The notes: a model not told the origin generated them from the sequence alone. DNA of 64,000 nt from Salinisphaera sp. (GCA_027858915.1 JAQIBT010000147.1:1855-65854), one strand, 5' to 3'; shown: positions 9,867-18,908, counted from the stretch's first letter. Made by a program: numbers and translations.

Positions 9867-10931
9867 ATGGCACGTTCGAAAAACCCGATCACCAAGATCC
9901 GTAGCGATATCGATAGCCTGCGAAAGACCTACACCGGTGCGTTTGCGTCAGCCAACAAGGCGGTCTACGACGGTATTGAACAGCTGGCGGAACATGAGCT
10001 GTCCGCGATCAGAACCCATTACGAGGAAGCCCTGACAAGCCTGGAGCGGTTGAAACAGGGCGGCGCACCGCGCGATCTGGCGCTGGCCCAGATGCAGCTG
10101 CTGCAGGATACGATCGATCGGATCCTGGGTAATGCGCGCGAGAGCCTGGCTATTCTCGACAATACGCGGCGTGAAATCAGCGCGCAGATCCGCGCCAGCC
10201 TGAGCGGTAGCGAAAAAACGGTAGTAGACGCCGGCGAGCAGGCGCAGGCCGCTGCCAGCCGCGCTGCGGAACGAGCGCGCGCGGAAGCCAGAAAACGGGC
10301 AGGCAGTGGGCAATCGACAGCCGATCAGGCCCTAGACCGCGCGCAACAAAGCGTGACCGGCGCCGTAGACCAGGCAGAGCAACAGGCCCGATCCGTGATC
10401 AGTCGCGTTGAGGACAATGCCAAAGCTGCGGTCTCGACAGCCGGTAACAAGACGGCAGCGCCCAGCACAGCCAAAAAACGCCGCAGCAGCACGTCGTCCA
10501 CGACTACAAACACACGTGCACCCACGGTGAAAAAAACCACAGCCGCAAAGAACGCCACCGCGAGCAGTGCGACAGATTCAAGCACAGCGAACTCTGGGTC
10601 GAGCGCAAAGAAAGCCACTACACCGCGAAAGACGGCTGCCAAACGCTCGAAGACCACCGGACCGTCCAGCAGGAAAGCCAGCACCCCCAGCAAGAGCGGC
10701 ACGACCAAGCGATCCAGCACGAAAAAATCGGCGACGTCAGCCAGTCAGAGCACGGCGAGCAAAAGCCGCGCCGGCAAAGCCAGTAAGGCGACGACCGCAG
10801 CCGGCAAGACGTCGGCCGCGCGCAAGCAAACCACTGCAAGGAAAGCTGCGTCTGGCAACACGCAAAGCAAAACCAGCGAGAGCGAATCGAGCAGCTCAGG
10901 CGGAGCGGATAATTCGTCGACCTCCAGTTGA
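9867..10931 (+). CDS. Phasin-like PHA granule protein with long Lys/Ser/Thr/Ala-rich histone-H1-like tail
   Basis: About 115-aa amphipathic helical N-terminal domain resembling phasins (AFASANKAVYDGIEQLAEHEL..LAQMQLLQDTIDRILGNARE), an Ala/Gln-rich middle, and a basic low-complexity C-terminus. Confidence 0.6.
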   Translation: MARSKNPITKIRSDIDSLRKTYTGAFASANKAVYDGIEQLAEHELSAIRTHYEEALTSLERLKQGGAPRDLALAQMQLLQDTIDRILGNARESLAILDNTRREISAQIRASLSGSEKTVVDAGEQAQAAASRAAERARAEARKRAGSGQSTADQALDRAQQSVTGAVDQAEQQARSVISRVEDNAKAAVSTAGNKTAAPSTAKKRRSSTSSTTTNTRAPTVKKTTAAKNATASSATDSSTANSGSSAKKATTPRKTAAKRSKTTGPSSRKASTPSKSGTTKRSSTKKSATSASQSTASKSRAGKASKATTAAGKTSAARKQTTARKAASGNTQSKTSESESSSSGGADNSSTSS

Positions 10932-10951
10932 TCTTCGATCAAGAGCCGCGG

Positions 10952-10981
10952 AAAGCCGCTCGGCATCGGGCGGCTTTTTAT
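10952..10981 (+). terminator. Rho-independent terminator
   Basis: aaagccgc-tcggcatcgg-gcggctttt hairpin plus T-run after the phasin stop. Confidence 0.75.
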
Positions 10982-11053
10982 TGTCTGGTTGGCTGACCGG
11001 CCCTGCCGTTGGCTCGGCGCAGGTACGCCCTATCCGTCCGTGATGACTTTCTG

Positions 11054-11986
11054 ATGCTCAATCTTGCAGACAGCACGCAGCTACTGCGCCTTCTGGCGGA
11101 GCCGACACGCCTCAGGCTGCTGTTGTTGCTTAGCGAAGAGTCGCTGACGGTAGCCGAGATGACGGCCGTCACACAGCTCACACAAAGCCGTATTTCCACC
11201 CATCTGGCACGCCTGCGCGAAGCCAATCTAGTGGTCGACCGGGCGGTCGCCAACGCCAATTTCTATAACGTCGATATTGACCGCTGGCCGCGCGATATCC
11301 GGCCCATGTGGGGCGCGCTGGCTGATCAGGTAGACGACGCGCAGATCAATCGCGATCGTGAACGGGCGGCAGAGATCGTGCGTCGGCGAGCAAGCCGCGG
11401 CAGCTGGGCCGAATCAGTGGCGGGCCGGATGGAACGACAATACTCTCCCGGGCGAACCTGGGAAGCGATGAGTCGCGCGCTGATCGAGTTGCTGGATCTG
11501 GGCAACGTACTCGACGTGGCATCCGGTGACGGCGTGCTCGCGGAGCTGCTGTGCCGACGCGCGCAACGCGTTACCTGTCTGGATCGGAGCACGGCTGTGA
11601 TCGATGCGGCGCGCGGACGGCTGGCTGACCAAGCCAACGTAGCGTTCCAGGTGGGTGATATGCACGAACTGCCGTTTCCTGACAATCGCTTCGATCAGGT
11701 GTTTCTCCTGCATGCCCTGAGCTACAGTCACGCCCCGGAGCGCGCGCTGACCGAAGCGGCCCGCGTGCTGGTACCCGGCGGCTGTTTGACGCTTGCGACC
11801 ATCGCACGCCATGAGCACCGCGCCACCGTCGCAGCATATGACCACGTCAATCTCGGATTCGACGTCGAGGACATTCAGCGCTGGCTGGAGCAGGCCGGCT
11901 TGAACGTACGGGATTGCGGGCCGCGCTCGCGCGAGACACAACCCCCGTATTTCCGTCTCATCACGGCGAGCGCCGGCAAGTCATGA
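11054..11986 (+). CDS. ArsR-family HTH regulator fused to class I SAM-dependent methyltransferase domain
   Basis: LLAEPTRLRLL..LTVAEM..QSRISTHLARLREANL (ArsR), YSPGRTWE linker, VLDVASGDG and GDMHELPF (SAM-binding). Confidence 0.88.
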   Translation: MLNLADSTQLLRLLAEPTRLRLLLLLSEESLTVAEMTAVTQLTQSRISTHLARLREANLVVDRAVANANFYNVDIDRWPRDIRPMWGALADQVDDAQINRDRERAAEIVRRRASRGSWAESVAGRMERQYSPGRTWEAMSRALIELLDLGNVLDVASGDGVLAELLCRRAQRVTCLDRSTAVIDAARGRLADQANVAFQVGDMHELPFPDNRFDQVFLLHALSYSHAPERALTEAARVLVPGGCLTLATIARHEHRATVAAYDHVNLGFDVEDIQRWLEQAGLNVRDCGPRSRETQPPYFRLITASAGKS

Positions 11987-12717
11987 ACGAGCCCGCCAAG
12001 CGCCATCTGACACGCATCATCATCGGCTGCGTATGGGCAACGCTGTTGCTGGTCGTTATCGCCTGGGTCGTTATCCAAGGCCTGTCCATCCGGCAGATCA
12101 TGCAGTTCATCTACGACTATGTGATCGCCAACCCCATTGCCCCGCTGATCTATATCTGTATATACGCCCTGCGTCCGCTGACGTTTTTCCCGGCGATGTG
12201 GCTGACGATCGCCAGCGGTAGCCTGTTCGGTTTCTATTACGGCCTGCTCTTCGGCCTGATCGGCGAAAACCTGTCTGCGCACACTGCCTACGGTCTGGCG
12301 CGATTCTTTCGTACCGATATCGATGGCGAAAGCAATGCGGATCGCAATCCTCGCATCGCCAAGTTTCGTCGATTGCTGGTAGAACAGGCTTTTCCCACCG
12401 TGCTCGTGCTCCGCGCGTCGTTTCTGCCGTTTGACCTGGTCAACTATGCCTGTGGGCTGCTCCGCGTGCCGTATCCTTCATATACGCTAGGCAGCCTGAT
12501 CGGCATGCTGCCGCCCATGATCACGTTTGTCAGCTTCGGGGCCACGGTGAATCTGCCCAAGCTTTTATCGCGCAAGGGCTTCTCGCCAGAGCAACTGATC
12601 GACCCCAAACAGCTGATGATTTCCGGCGGGCTGCTGGTCGCCAGCGCGGTTATTGCCTATGCCGCCTATCGTCGCCGCAAGACCCTGGCCGCCAATGCTG
12701 CATCTGACACGGATTGA
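11983..12717 (+). CDS. TVP38/TMEM64 (VTT, DedA superfamily) membrane protein
   Basis: LRPLTFFP..IASGSLFG..GENL, VLRASFLPFDLVNYACG, TLGSLIGMLP. Start overlaps the ArsR-MTase stop (ATGA). Confidence 0.85.
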   Translation: MNEPAKRHLTRIIIGCVWATLLLVVIAWVVIQGLSIRQIMQFIYDYVIANPIAPLIYICIYALRPLTFFPAMWLTIASGSLFGFYYGLLFGLIGENLSAHTAYGLARFFRTDIDGESNADRNPRIAKFRRLLVEQAFPTVLVLRASFLPFDLVNYACGLLRVPYPSYTLGSLIGMLPPMITFVSFGATVNLPKLLSRKGFSPEQLIDPKQLMISGGLLVASAVIAYAAYRRRKTLAANAASDTD

Positions 12718-12771
12718 CGCTGGCAGAGCGGTTTCGTAACTTGGTAACATTACTTCTGTTGGGAGATCCGG

Positions 12772-13272
12772 GTGCGCTATCTGCTCGGCCTGCTCGTCGG
12801 GCTGGCCATCCTCTGGCTGGTGCTGTCCGGCCATTACGCGCCGATGTTCCTGGCGTTCGGCCTGGGCTCCTGCCTTTTTACGGTCTGGCTGTGCCATCGC
12901 CTGGGCAGCATTGACGCCGAAGGCGTACCGGTCGATCTGTTGCCCCGGCTGCCCGGTTACATGCTCTGGCTGCTGTGGCAGATACTGAAGGCAAACGTGG
13001 ATGTCGCCGCGCGTATTCTGCGGCCGGGCCGGCATATCTCGCCGACCATGATCACGCTGACAGCACACCAGCGCACCCCGCTCGGGCAGGCCGTGTTCGC
13101 GAATTCCGTCACCCTGACGCCCGGCACAATCACCGTGGGTCTGACCGACGGCCAGGCCGAGGTCCATGCCTTGAGCGAAGCCGGTTCACACGATCTGGAC
13201 GGTGGCGTTATCGATCAGCGGGTACGAGCGCTGGAATCGCGCGTGCGCCATTTGTCGTCGGCGGGCAGCTGA
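12772..13272 (+). CDS. mnhE: Na+/H+ antiporter subunit E (MrpE/MnhE)
   Basis: ANSVTLTPGT signature, LWLVLSGH; GGAG RBS with GTG start. Confidence 0.9.
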   Translation: MRYLLGLLVGLAILWLVLSGHYAPMFLAFGLGSCLFTVWLCHRLGSIDAEGVPVDLLPRLPGYMLWLLWQILKANVDVAARILRPGRHISPTMITLTAHQRTPLGQAVFANSVTLTPGTITVGLTDGQAEVHALSEAGSHDLDGGVIDQRVRALESRVRHLSSAGS

Positions 13273-13273
13273 C

Positions 13274-13561
13274 ATGTTCCTTGCCGCACTGGCCGGCATC
13301 ATCATCACGATGATCCTTCTATTGACCCGTGCGATCGTGGGTCCGACCGTCTACGACCGGATTCTGGCGATCAATGTGTTTGGCACCAAGACGGTCCTGT
13401 TTGTCTCGGTACTGGGCTTCTTCAACGGCCGTCCCGAATTTTTGGATCTGGCGCTGACCTATGCGCTGATCAACTTCATCGGCACCATCGCGGTGCTCAA
13501 GTTCATGCAGTACGGCGATCTCGGCTGGGCCGGCAGCGAAGGCGAGGATTCTGATGTGTGA
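13274..13561 (+). CDS. mnhF: Na+/H+ antiporter subunit F (MrpF)
   Basis: GPTVYDRILAIN..FLDLALTYALINFIGTIA. Confidence 0.88.
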   Translation: MFLAALAGIIITMILLLTRAIVGPTVYDRILAINVFGTKTVLFVSVLGFFNGRPEFLDLALTYALINFIGTIAVLKFMQYGDLGWAGSEGEDSDV

Positions 13562-13612
13562 GCACGCTCAACGACCCTGGGTGGCTATTGAAGGCCCTCG
13601 CGGAGCTGACCG

Positions 13613-13969
13613 ATGATCTGGTTTATCAACAGCCTCAGCTGGGCCCTGCTGGTCGTGGGCGCCATGACCTGCGTGATTGGCGGTTTCGGCATGCTGCGCA
13701 TGCCCGACTTCTATACGCGCACGCACGCCGCATCGATCGCCGATACCGGCGGCATGTTGCTGATCATGTTCGCCCTGATGCTGCAGGCTGGCTTGACGCT
13801 GATCACAGTCAAACTGGTGTTGATCGTACTGTTTCTGATGATCACGAGTCCCACGGCGTCACACGCGCTCGCGCGGGCAGCGCTGCATGACGACGTCAAG
13901 CCACGGTTGAACCACGACAAGCGAATGGGCGCCTCGGGCAGCGCAAACGATCGCCACGACCCGTCATGA
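13613..13969 (+). CDS. mnhG: Na+/H+ antiporter subunit G (MrpG)
   Basis: GMLRMPDFYTRTHAASIADT, ITSPTASHALARAA. Confidence 0.9.
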   Translation: MIWFINSLSWALLVVGAMTCVIGGFGMLRMPDFYTRTHAASIADTGGMLLIMFALMLQAGLTLITVKLVLIVLFLMITSPTASHALARAALHDDVKPRLNHDKRMGASGSANDRHDPS

Positions 13970-14544
13970 CTACGGAGATGCTGCTCAACTATGCGCTGCT
14001 GGTGTTTCTTGTCGTCATCGGCCTCACCATCGCCCGACTGCGTCATCTGTTTCCAGTGGCCATGCTCACGGGTTTGTACAGCCTGGTCTGCGCGAGTCTG
14101 CTGACGCTTCTTAACGCCCCCGACGTGGCGCTCACCGAAGCCGCGGTGGGCGCAGGTGTGACCACCGTGCTGTTCCTGGCCACCTTTGGCCTGACCCGGG
14201 CGCGCGAGAAACCGGTCGAGCCGCAGCGCCAGATTATCGGTCTGATTGTCACGCTGGTGACCGGCGCCGCCCTGTTCTATGCCACGCTCGACATGCCGCC
14301 GTTTGGCGCTGCCGATACCCCGGTACAACAGAGTCCGCTGCGCGAACGCTACCTGGTCGCCGAACAGAAAGAAATCGACGTGCCCAACACCGTGACCGCG
14401 GTGCTTGGGAGCTATCGTGGCTACGATACTTTGGGCGAGACGACCGTCATCCTGACCGCGGGTGTCGGCGTGCTGCTGCTGCTCGGACGTAGCCGTCGAC
14501 GGCGCCCCAGGCCGGGCGACAGCCCCCGCCGGGGCAATAGCTGA
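13966..14544 (+). CDS. Mrp subunit B-related protein (DUF4040 / MrpA C-terminal-like part)
   Basis: APDVALTEAAVGAG, and VPNTVTAVLGSYRGYDTLGE (MnhB/MrpA-C motif). Confidence 0.85.
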   Translation: MTTEMLLNYALLVFLVVIGLTIARLRHLFPVAMLTGLYSLVCASLLTLLNAPDVALTEAAVGAGVTTVLFLATFGLTRAREKPVEPQRQIIGLIVTLVTGAALFYATLDMPPFGAADTPVQQSPLRERYLVAEQKEIDVPNTVTAVLGSYRGYDTLGETTVILTAGVGVLLLLGRSRRRRPRPGDSPRRGNS

Positions 14545-14981
14545 TGCAGGAACATACGGTTCTGCGAATCATTGCCAAACTGCTGATTGCGCCGATCATC
14601 ATCTTTGCGCTGTATGTGCAGTTCCACGGCGACTATAGCCCGGGTGGCGGCTTCCAGGCCGGCGTTATCCTTGCCAGCGCGCTGATTCTTCATGCGCTGG
14701 TCTTCGGCGTGCAAGCCACCCGTCGTGCAGTGCCGCCGGCTGTGCTGCGCGTGACGGCCAGTCTCGGGGTGCTGATCTATGCCGGCACCGGGGTTATATG
14801 CATGCTCAGGGGCGGTGCTTTTCTCGACTATGATTATCTCGCGCACAATCCGGTCCACGGCCAACACTACGGCCTGCTGCTGGTCGAATTTGGCGTCGGT
14901 ATGACCGTGGCGTCGGTGGTCACCGCCATCTTCTATGTCTTTGCCGGCCGTGGCCGGCAACCGGGCGAACATGAAGACTAG
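14544..14981 (+). CDS. mnhB: Na+/H+ antiporter subunit B (MnhB domain)
   Basis: QFHGDYSPGGGFQAG signature, VEFGVG. Confidence 0.9.
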   Translation: MQEHTVLRIIAKLLIAPIIIFALYVQFHGDYSPGGGFQAGVILASALILHALVFGVQATRRAVPPAVLRVTASLGVLIYAGTGVICMLRGGAFLDYDYLAHNPVHGQHYGLLLVEFGVGMTVASVVTAIFYVFAGRGRQPGEHED

Positions 14982-15128
14982 CCTGCGACATCCGTCGCGC
15001 ACGCGGCGGTTACCCGTCAACGCATCGCGCAAGGAATTCGATCTGCGACCTGCCTGTTTACAATCGGCCTCCGCCAGCGGGCCAGGGCCTGTTGCCGCGC
15101 TCATCGCCGTCGAGGTCAGAGCCTTCTG

Positions 15129-15629
15129 ATGCAGATGTTGCTGACCGAAACCATGCCCGGATTGTTCAATTACTGGATCGTCATCGTGCTGATGATGATT
15201 GGCTTTTATACCGTGATCGCGCACGACAATCTGGTGAAGAAGATCATCGGGCTGAATATTTTCCAGACCTCGGTATTCATCTTCTATATCAGTATGGGTC
15301 AGATCACCGGTTCGACGGCGCCGATCCTGATGCATGGCGCCGCGGGACAGCAGGCGGTCTATGCCCATCCGCTACCGCAAGTGCTGATTCTCACCGCGAT
15401 CGTGGTCGGCCTGTCGACCACTGCTCTCGCGCTGGCGCTCGTCGTGCGTATCCACGAAGCCTATGGCTCGATCGAGGAAGACGATATCCTCGCGGCCGAT
15501 TATCAACGCGGCACGCAGGAGTCCCAGAAGGAGCAAGAGCGCATGGCACGCGCCAGAGCGGCTGAGCGACATGCCAGCCGGGACGCCGACGACGGACGAG
15601 AACAAGACGAGGACGCCCCCGACTCATGA
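15129..15629 (+). CDS. mnhC: Na+/H+ antiporter subunit C (MrpC) with charged C-terminal extension
   Basis: NLVKKIIGL, HPLPQVLILTAIVVG signature. Confidence 0.9.
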   Translation: MQMLLTETMPGLFNYWIVIVLMMIGFYTVIAHDNLVKKIIGLNIFQTSVFIFYISMGQITGSTAPILMHGAAGQQAVYAHPLPQVLILTAIVVGLSTTALALALVVRIHEAYGSIEEDDILAADYQRGTQESQKEQERMARARAAERHASRDADDGREQDEDAPDS

Positions 15630-17119
15630 TCGTCCAGTTATTCCATCAGATGCCCGTCCTGGTGGTCATCCTACCGCTGATGGCTGCCCCGCTGTGCGTG
15701 ATCGCACACCGCGCGCTGCCTGCCTGGCTGATCCATACCGCCGTGTCGTGGGTGGTATTCGGGATATCGTTTCTGTTGTTTGTCGAGACCCGGGTGGCGG
15801 GTCGCGTGGTCTATGCACTGGGCGGCTGGGCGCCGCCGTTCGGCATCGAACTGGTCATCGATCGTTTCAGCGCCATCGTGCTGCTGCTGGTCACCGGCAT
15901 GAGTGCGCTGACCAGTCTGTACGCGCGCGCCAGCATCGCCGCCGAACTGCCGCGCGAGCGTGCATATCTGGTGTATGCCGCCATGCTGCTATGCCTGTGT
16001 GGGCTGGTCGGCATGACGGTCACCGGCGACGCGTTCAACCTGTTCGTATTTCTCGAAGTCTCGTCACTGGCCTCCTACAGCCTGATCGCGATGGGGCCCA
16101 GCCGACGCGCCCTGTTGTCGTCGTTCCAGTATCTGATCATGGGCACCGTCGGCGGCACCTTCCTGCTGATCGGCATCGGTTTTCTGTACGTGATGACCGG
16201 CACTCTGAACATGGCCGATATCGCCCAGCGGCTGCAGGGGGTCGCACATACCCACACGGTGGAAGCCGGACTCGCATTCATCGTGGTCGGCCTGAGCCTC
16301 AAGGCTGCGTTGTTTCCACTGCATGCCTGGCTACCCAACGCTTATACCTATGCGCCGTCGAGCGTCAGCGTATTCATTGCCGCGACCAGCACCAAGGTCG
16401 CGGTCTATGCGCTGATCCGCTTCGTGTTCACGGTGTTCGGCGCGGACCTTGCCTTTGACAGTCTGCCACTGGGCGATGTGCTGATCGTGCTGTCGGTAGC
16501 CGCCATGCTGTCTGGCTCGCTGGCCGCCATCTTCCAGACCGACGTCAAACGGCTGCTCGCCTGGTCGAGCGTGGCGCAGATGGGCTATATCGTGCTGGGC
16601 TTCGCCCTGGCTACCGGCGCGGGCCTGACCGCCGCGCTCACGCACATGGTCAATCACGGATTGATCAAGGGCGCGTTGTTCATGGCCGTAGGCGCCATGT
16701 TCTGGCGCATGCAGGCCTGCTCGATCAACGATATCGCCGGGCTGGGCAAACGCATGCCGTGGACTTGCGCTGCCTTCGTGGTTGGCGGCCTGAGCCTGAT
16801 CGGCTTTCCGGGAACCGCCGGATTCATCAGTAAATGGGTGCTGCTGCAGGCGCTGATGGTCGACCACCACTGGCTGCTCGCTGCCGCTATCCTGGTCAGT
16901 TCTTTGCTGGCGGTGATCTATATCGGGCGGGTAGTCGAGTCGCTGTATTTTCGAGAACCGGCCGAAGGTCGTAAAGTAGCACGCGGCGAGGCGCCGGCGC
17001 TGATGCTGGTGGCGACCTGGACCCTGGTAGCGTTGAATATCGCAGTCGGCCTGTTCGGCGCCGCCGAGGTTGACGCCACGCGTCAGGCCGCCATGAGCCT
17101 GCTGGGAGTCGGCCAATGA
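15626..17119 (+). CDS. mnhD: Monovalent cation/H+ antiporter subunit D family (copy 1)
   Basis: DAFNLFVFLEV, KAALFPLHAWLP, TSTKVA, KRLLAWSS, HGLIKGALF, GFISKW. Confidence 0.9.
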   Translation: MIVQLFHQMPVLVVILPLMAAPLCVIAHRALPAWLIHTAVSWVVFGISFLLFVETRVAGRVVYALGGWAPPFGIELVIDRFSAIVLLLVTGMSALTSLYARASIAAELPRERAYLVYAAMLLCLCGLVGMTVTGDAFNLFVFLEVSSLASYSLIAMGPSRRALLSSFQYLIMGTVGGTFLLIGIGFLYVMTGTLNMADIAQRLQGVAHTHTVEAGLAFIVVGLSLKAALFPLHAWLPNAYTYAPSSVSVFIAATSTKVAVYALIRFVFTVFGADLAFDSLPLGDVLIVLSVAAMLSGSLAAIFQTDVKRLLAWSSVAQMGYIVLGFALATGAGLTAALTHMVNHGLIKGALFMAVGAMFWRMQACSINDIAGLGKRMPWTCAAFVVGGLSLIGFPGTAGFISKWVLLQALMVDHHWLLAAAILVSSLLAVIYIGRVVESLYFREPAEGRKVARGEAPALMLVATWTLVALNIAVGLFGAAEVDATRQAAMSLLGVGQ

Positions 17120-18582
17120 ATCCGCTCTGGCTGCTTGCGCTCGTCGTCTGGCCGGCGGTGATGAGCCTGGCGGTGGCCGCCACCGGCCGCTGGCCAAATA
17201 TCCGTGAGACCGTCAGCGTGGCTACCGGTGTCGCCCTGCTGGCCGGCGTCGTCGGCCTGATCGAGCCGATCGCAGCCGGCGAGCGCCCCAGTCTGACGCT
17301 GTTCGAGATTCTGCCAGGGCTGGGCTTCACCTTCACTCTCGAGCCGCTGGGCCTGATTTTCGCGTTGGTGGCGTCTGCGCTCTGGCCGCTGACCACGATC
17401 TACGGCGCCGGCTACATGCGCGGCAACGACGAACACGCGCAGACGCGTTTCTTTGTCTGCTTCGCGCTGGCGATCTCGGCTGCGATCGGCATTGCCATGG
17501 CCGGCAATCTGCTTACATTGTTCGTGTTCTACGAAATGATGACGCTGGTGACCTATCCGTTGGTCACCCACCACGGTGATGCAGAATCGCGCGCTGGCGG
17601 GCGTATTTATCTCGGCATCCTGCTGACGACCTCCATCGGCTTGTTTTTGCCGGCCATCGTCATTACCTGGCTGTTCGCCGGCACGTTGACCTTCACCCAT
17701 GGCGGCATCCTGGCCGGCACCGGGCTGACCGCCTTAGGTGCGATCGCGCTGTACACGCTGTTTGTGTATGGCATCGGCAAGGCAGCGGTGATGCCGTTCC
17801 ATCGCTGGCTGCCGTCGGCGATGGTCGCGCCGACGCCGGTATCGGCACTGTTGCATGCCGTGGCTGTCGTCAAGGCCGGCGTGTTCTCGGTGCTCAAGAT
17901 TACGGTGTATATCTTCGGGCTGGATTTTGCATTCAAGACCGGGGCAACCGAGATCATTCTGTGGACGTCGTCAATCACGATCATTGCCGCGTCGGTGATC
18001 GCGCTGTACTGCGACAACCTCAAGAAACGGCTGGCCTATTCCACCGTGGGCCAGCTGTCCTATATTGTGCTCGGCAGCGCGCTCGCGACCAAACTGGGCG
18101 CGGTGAGCGGCTCGCTGCATATCGTGACCCACGCTTTCGGCAAGATCACCCTGTTCTTTTGCGCGGGCGCGATCTATACCGCCGCGCATCGCAAATACAT
18201 CAGCCAGCTCAACGGTCTCGGCCGTTCGATGCCGTTTACCTTCGGCGCATTCACCATTGCCTCGCTGTCGCTGATCGGCCTGCCGCCCATGGGCGGAGCC
18301 TGGAGCAAGTGGTACCTGATGAGCGGCTCAGCCGGCGTCGAGGAATATGCGCTGCTGGGCGTGCTGGCAGTCAGCACGTTGTTGAATATCGTCTATCTGC
18401 TGGATATTCCGGCGCGGGCCTTCTTTTTGCCGGCCGATGACGACACACCACGCGGCTTTAGCGAAGCCCCGCTGGCCTGTGTGTTGCCGCTGTGCGTCAC
18501 AGCGGCCGGCTGTATCGCCCTGTTTTTCTTTGCCTATCCGATCATCAGCTTTATCAGCTCCGCACTGGGAGAAGGGGCATGA
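17116..18582 (+). CDS. Monovalent cation/H+ antiporter subunit D family (copy 2)
   Basis: LFVFYEMM, KAAVMPFHRWLP, VVKAGVF, KKRLAYST, HAFGKITLF. Confidence 0.88.
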   Translation: MNPLWLLALVVWPAVMSLAVAATGRWPNIRETVSVATGVALLAGVVGLIEPIAAGERPSLTLFEILPGLGFTFTLEPLGLIFALVASALWPLTTIYGAGYMRGNDEHAQTRFFVCFALAISAAIGIAMAGNLLTLFVFYEMMTLVTYPLVTHHGDAESRAGGRIYLGILLTTSIGLFLPAIVITWLFAGTLTFTHGGILAGTGLTALGAIALYTLFVYGIGKAAVMPFHRWLPSAMVAPTPVSALLHAVAVVKAGVFSVLKITVYIFGLDFAFKTGATEIILWTSSITIIAASVIALYCDNLKKRLAYSTVGQLSYIVLGSALATKLGAVSGSLHIVTHAFGKITLFFCAGAIYTAAHRKYISQLNGLGRSMPFTFGAFTIASLSLIGLPPMGGAWSKWYLMSGSAGVEEYALLGVLAVSTLLNIVYLLDIPARAFFLPADDDTPRGFSEAPLACVLPLCVTAAGCIALFFFAYPIISFISSALGEGA

Positions 18583-18908
18583 CTCTGTCCAACGAGCCAC
18601 CTGACCACAAGCCCGGCGTGTTCGAGCGGCCAGGTGTGATCAAGGCCATTGTGGTTGCCCTGTCGATCGTCTGCGGCCTGCTGATTCTGGCCGAATTCTT
18701 CTATGTCAAGCATCCGCACTTCGGTTTCGACGGCTGGTTTGCCTTCTATCCTGCGTTCGGATTTGGCGCTTATTGCCTGATCGTGCTTGGTGCCAAGGCC
18801 CTACGGCCGCTGCTCTGGCGCGGCGAGAATTATTACCACGAAGCCGACGTAGACGTCAGCGATATCGATCCTTCCGAATCGTCGAGCGGGAGCCACCGTC
18901 GTGACTGA
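18579..18908 (+). CDS. Small two-TM membrane protein inside the Mrp operon
   Basis: Start overlaps the upstream stop (ATGA) and the end overlaps the next start. Two hydrophobic segments, KHPHFGFDGWFAFY, ENYY. Confidence 0.75.
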   Translation: MTLSNEPPDHKPGVFERPGVIKAIVVALSIVCGLLILAEFFYVKHPHFGFDGWFAFYPAFGFGAYCLIVLGAKALRPLLWRGENYYHEADVDVSDIDPSESSSGSHRRD

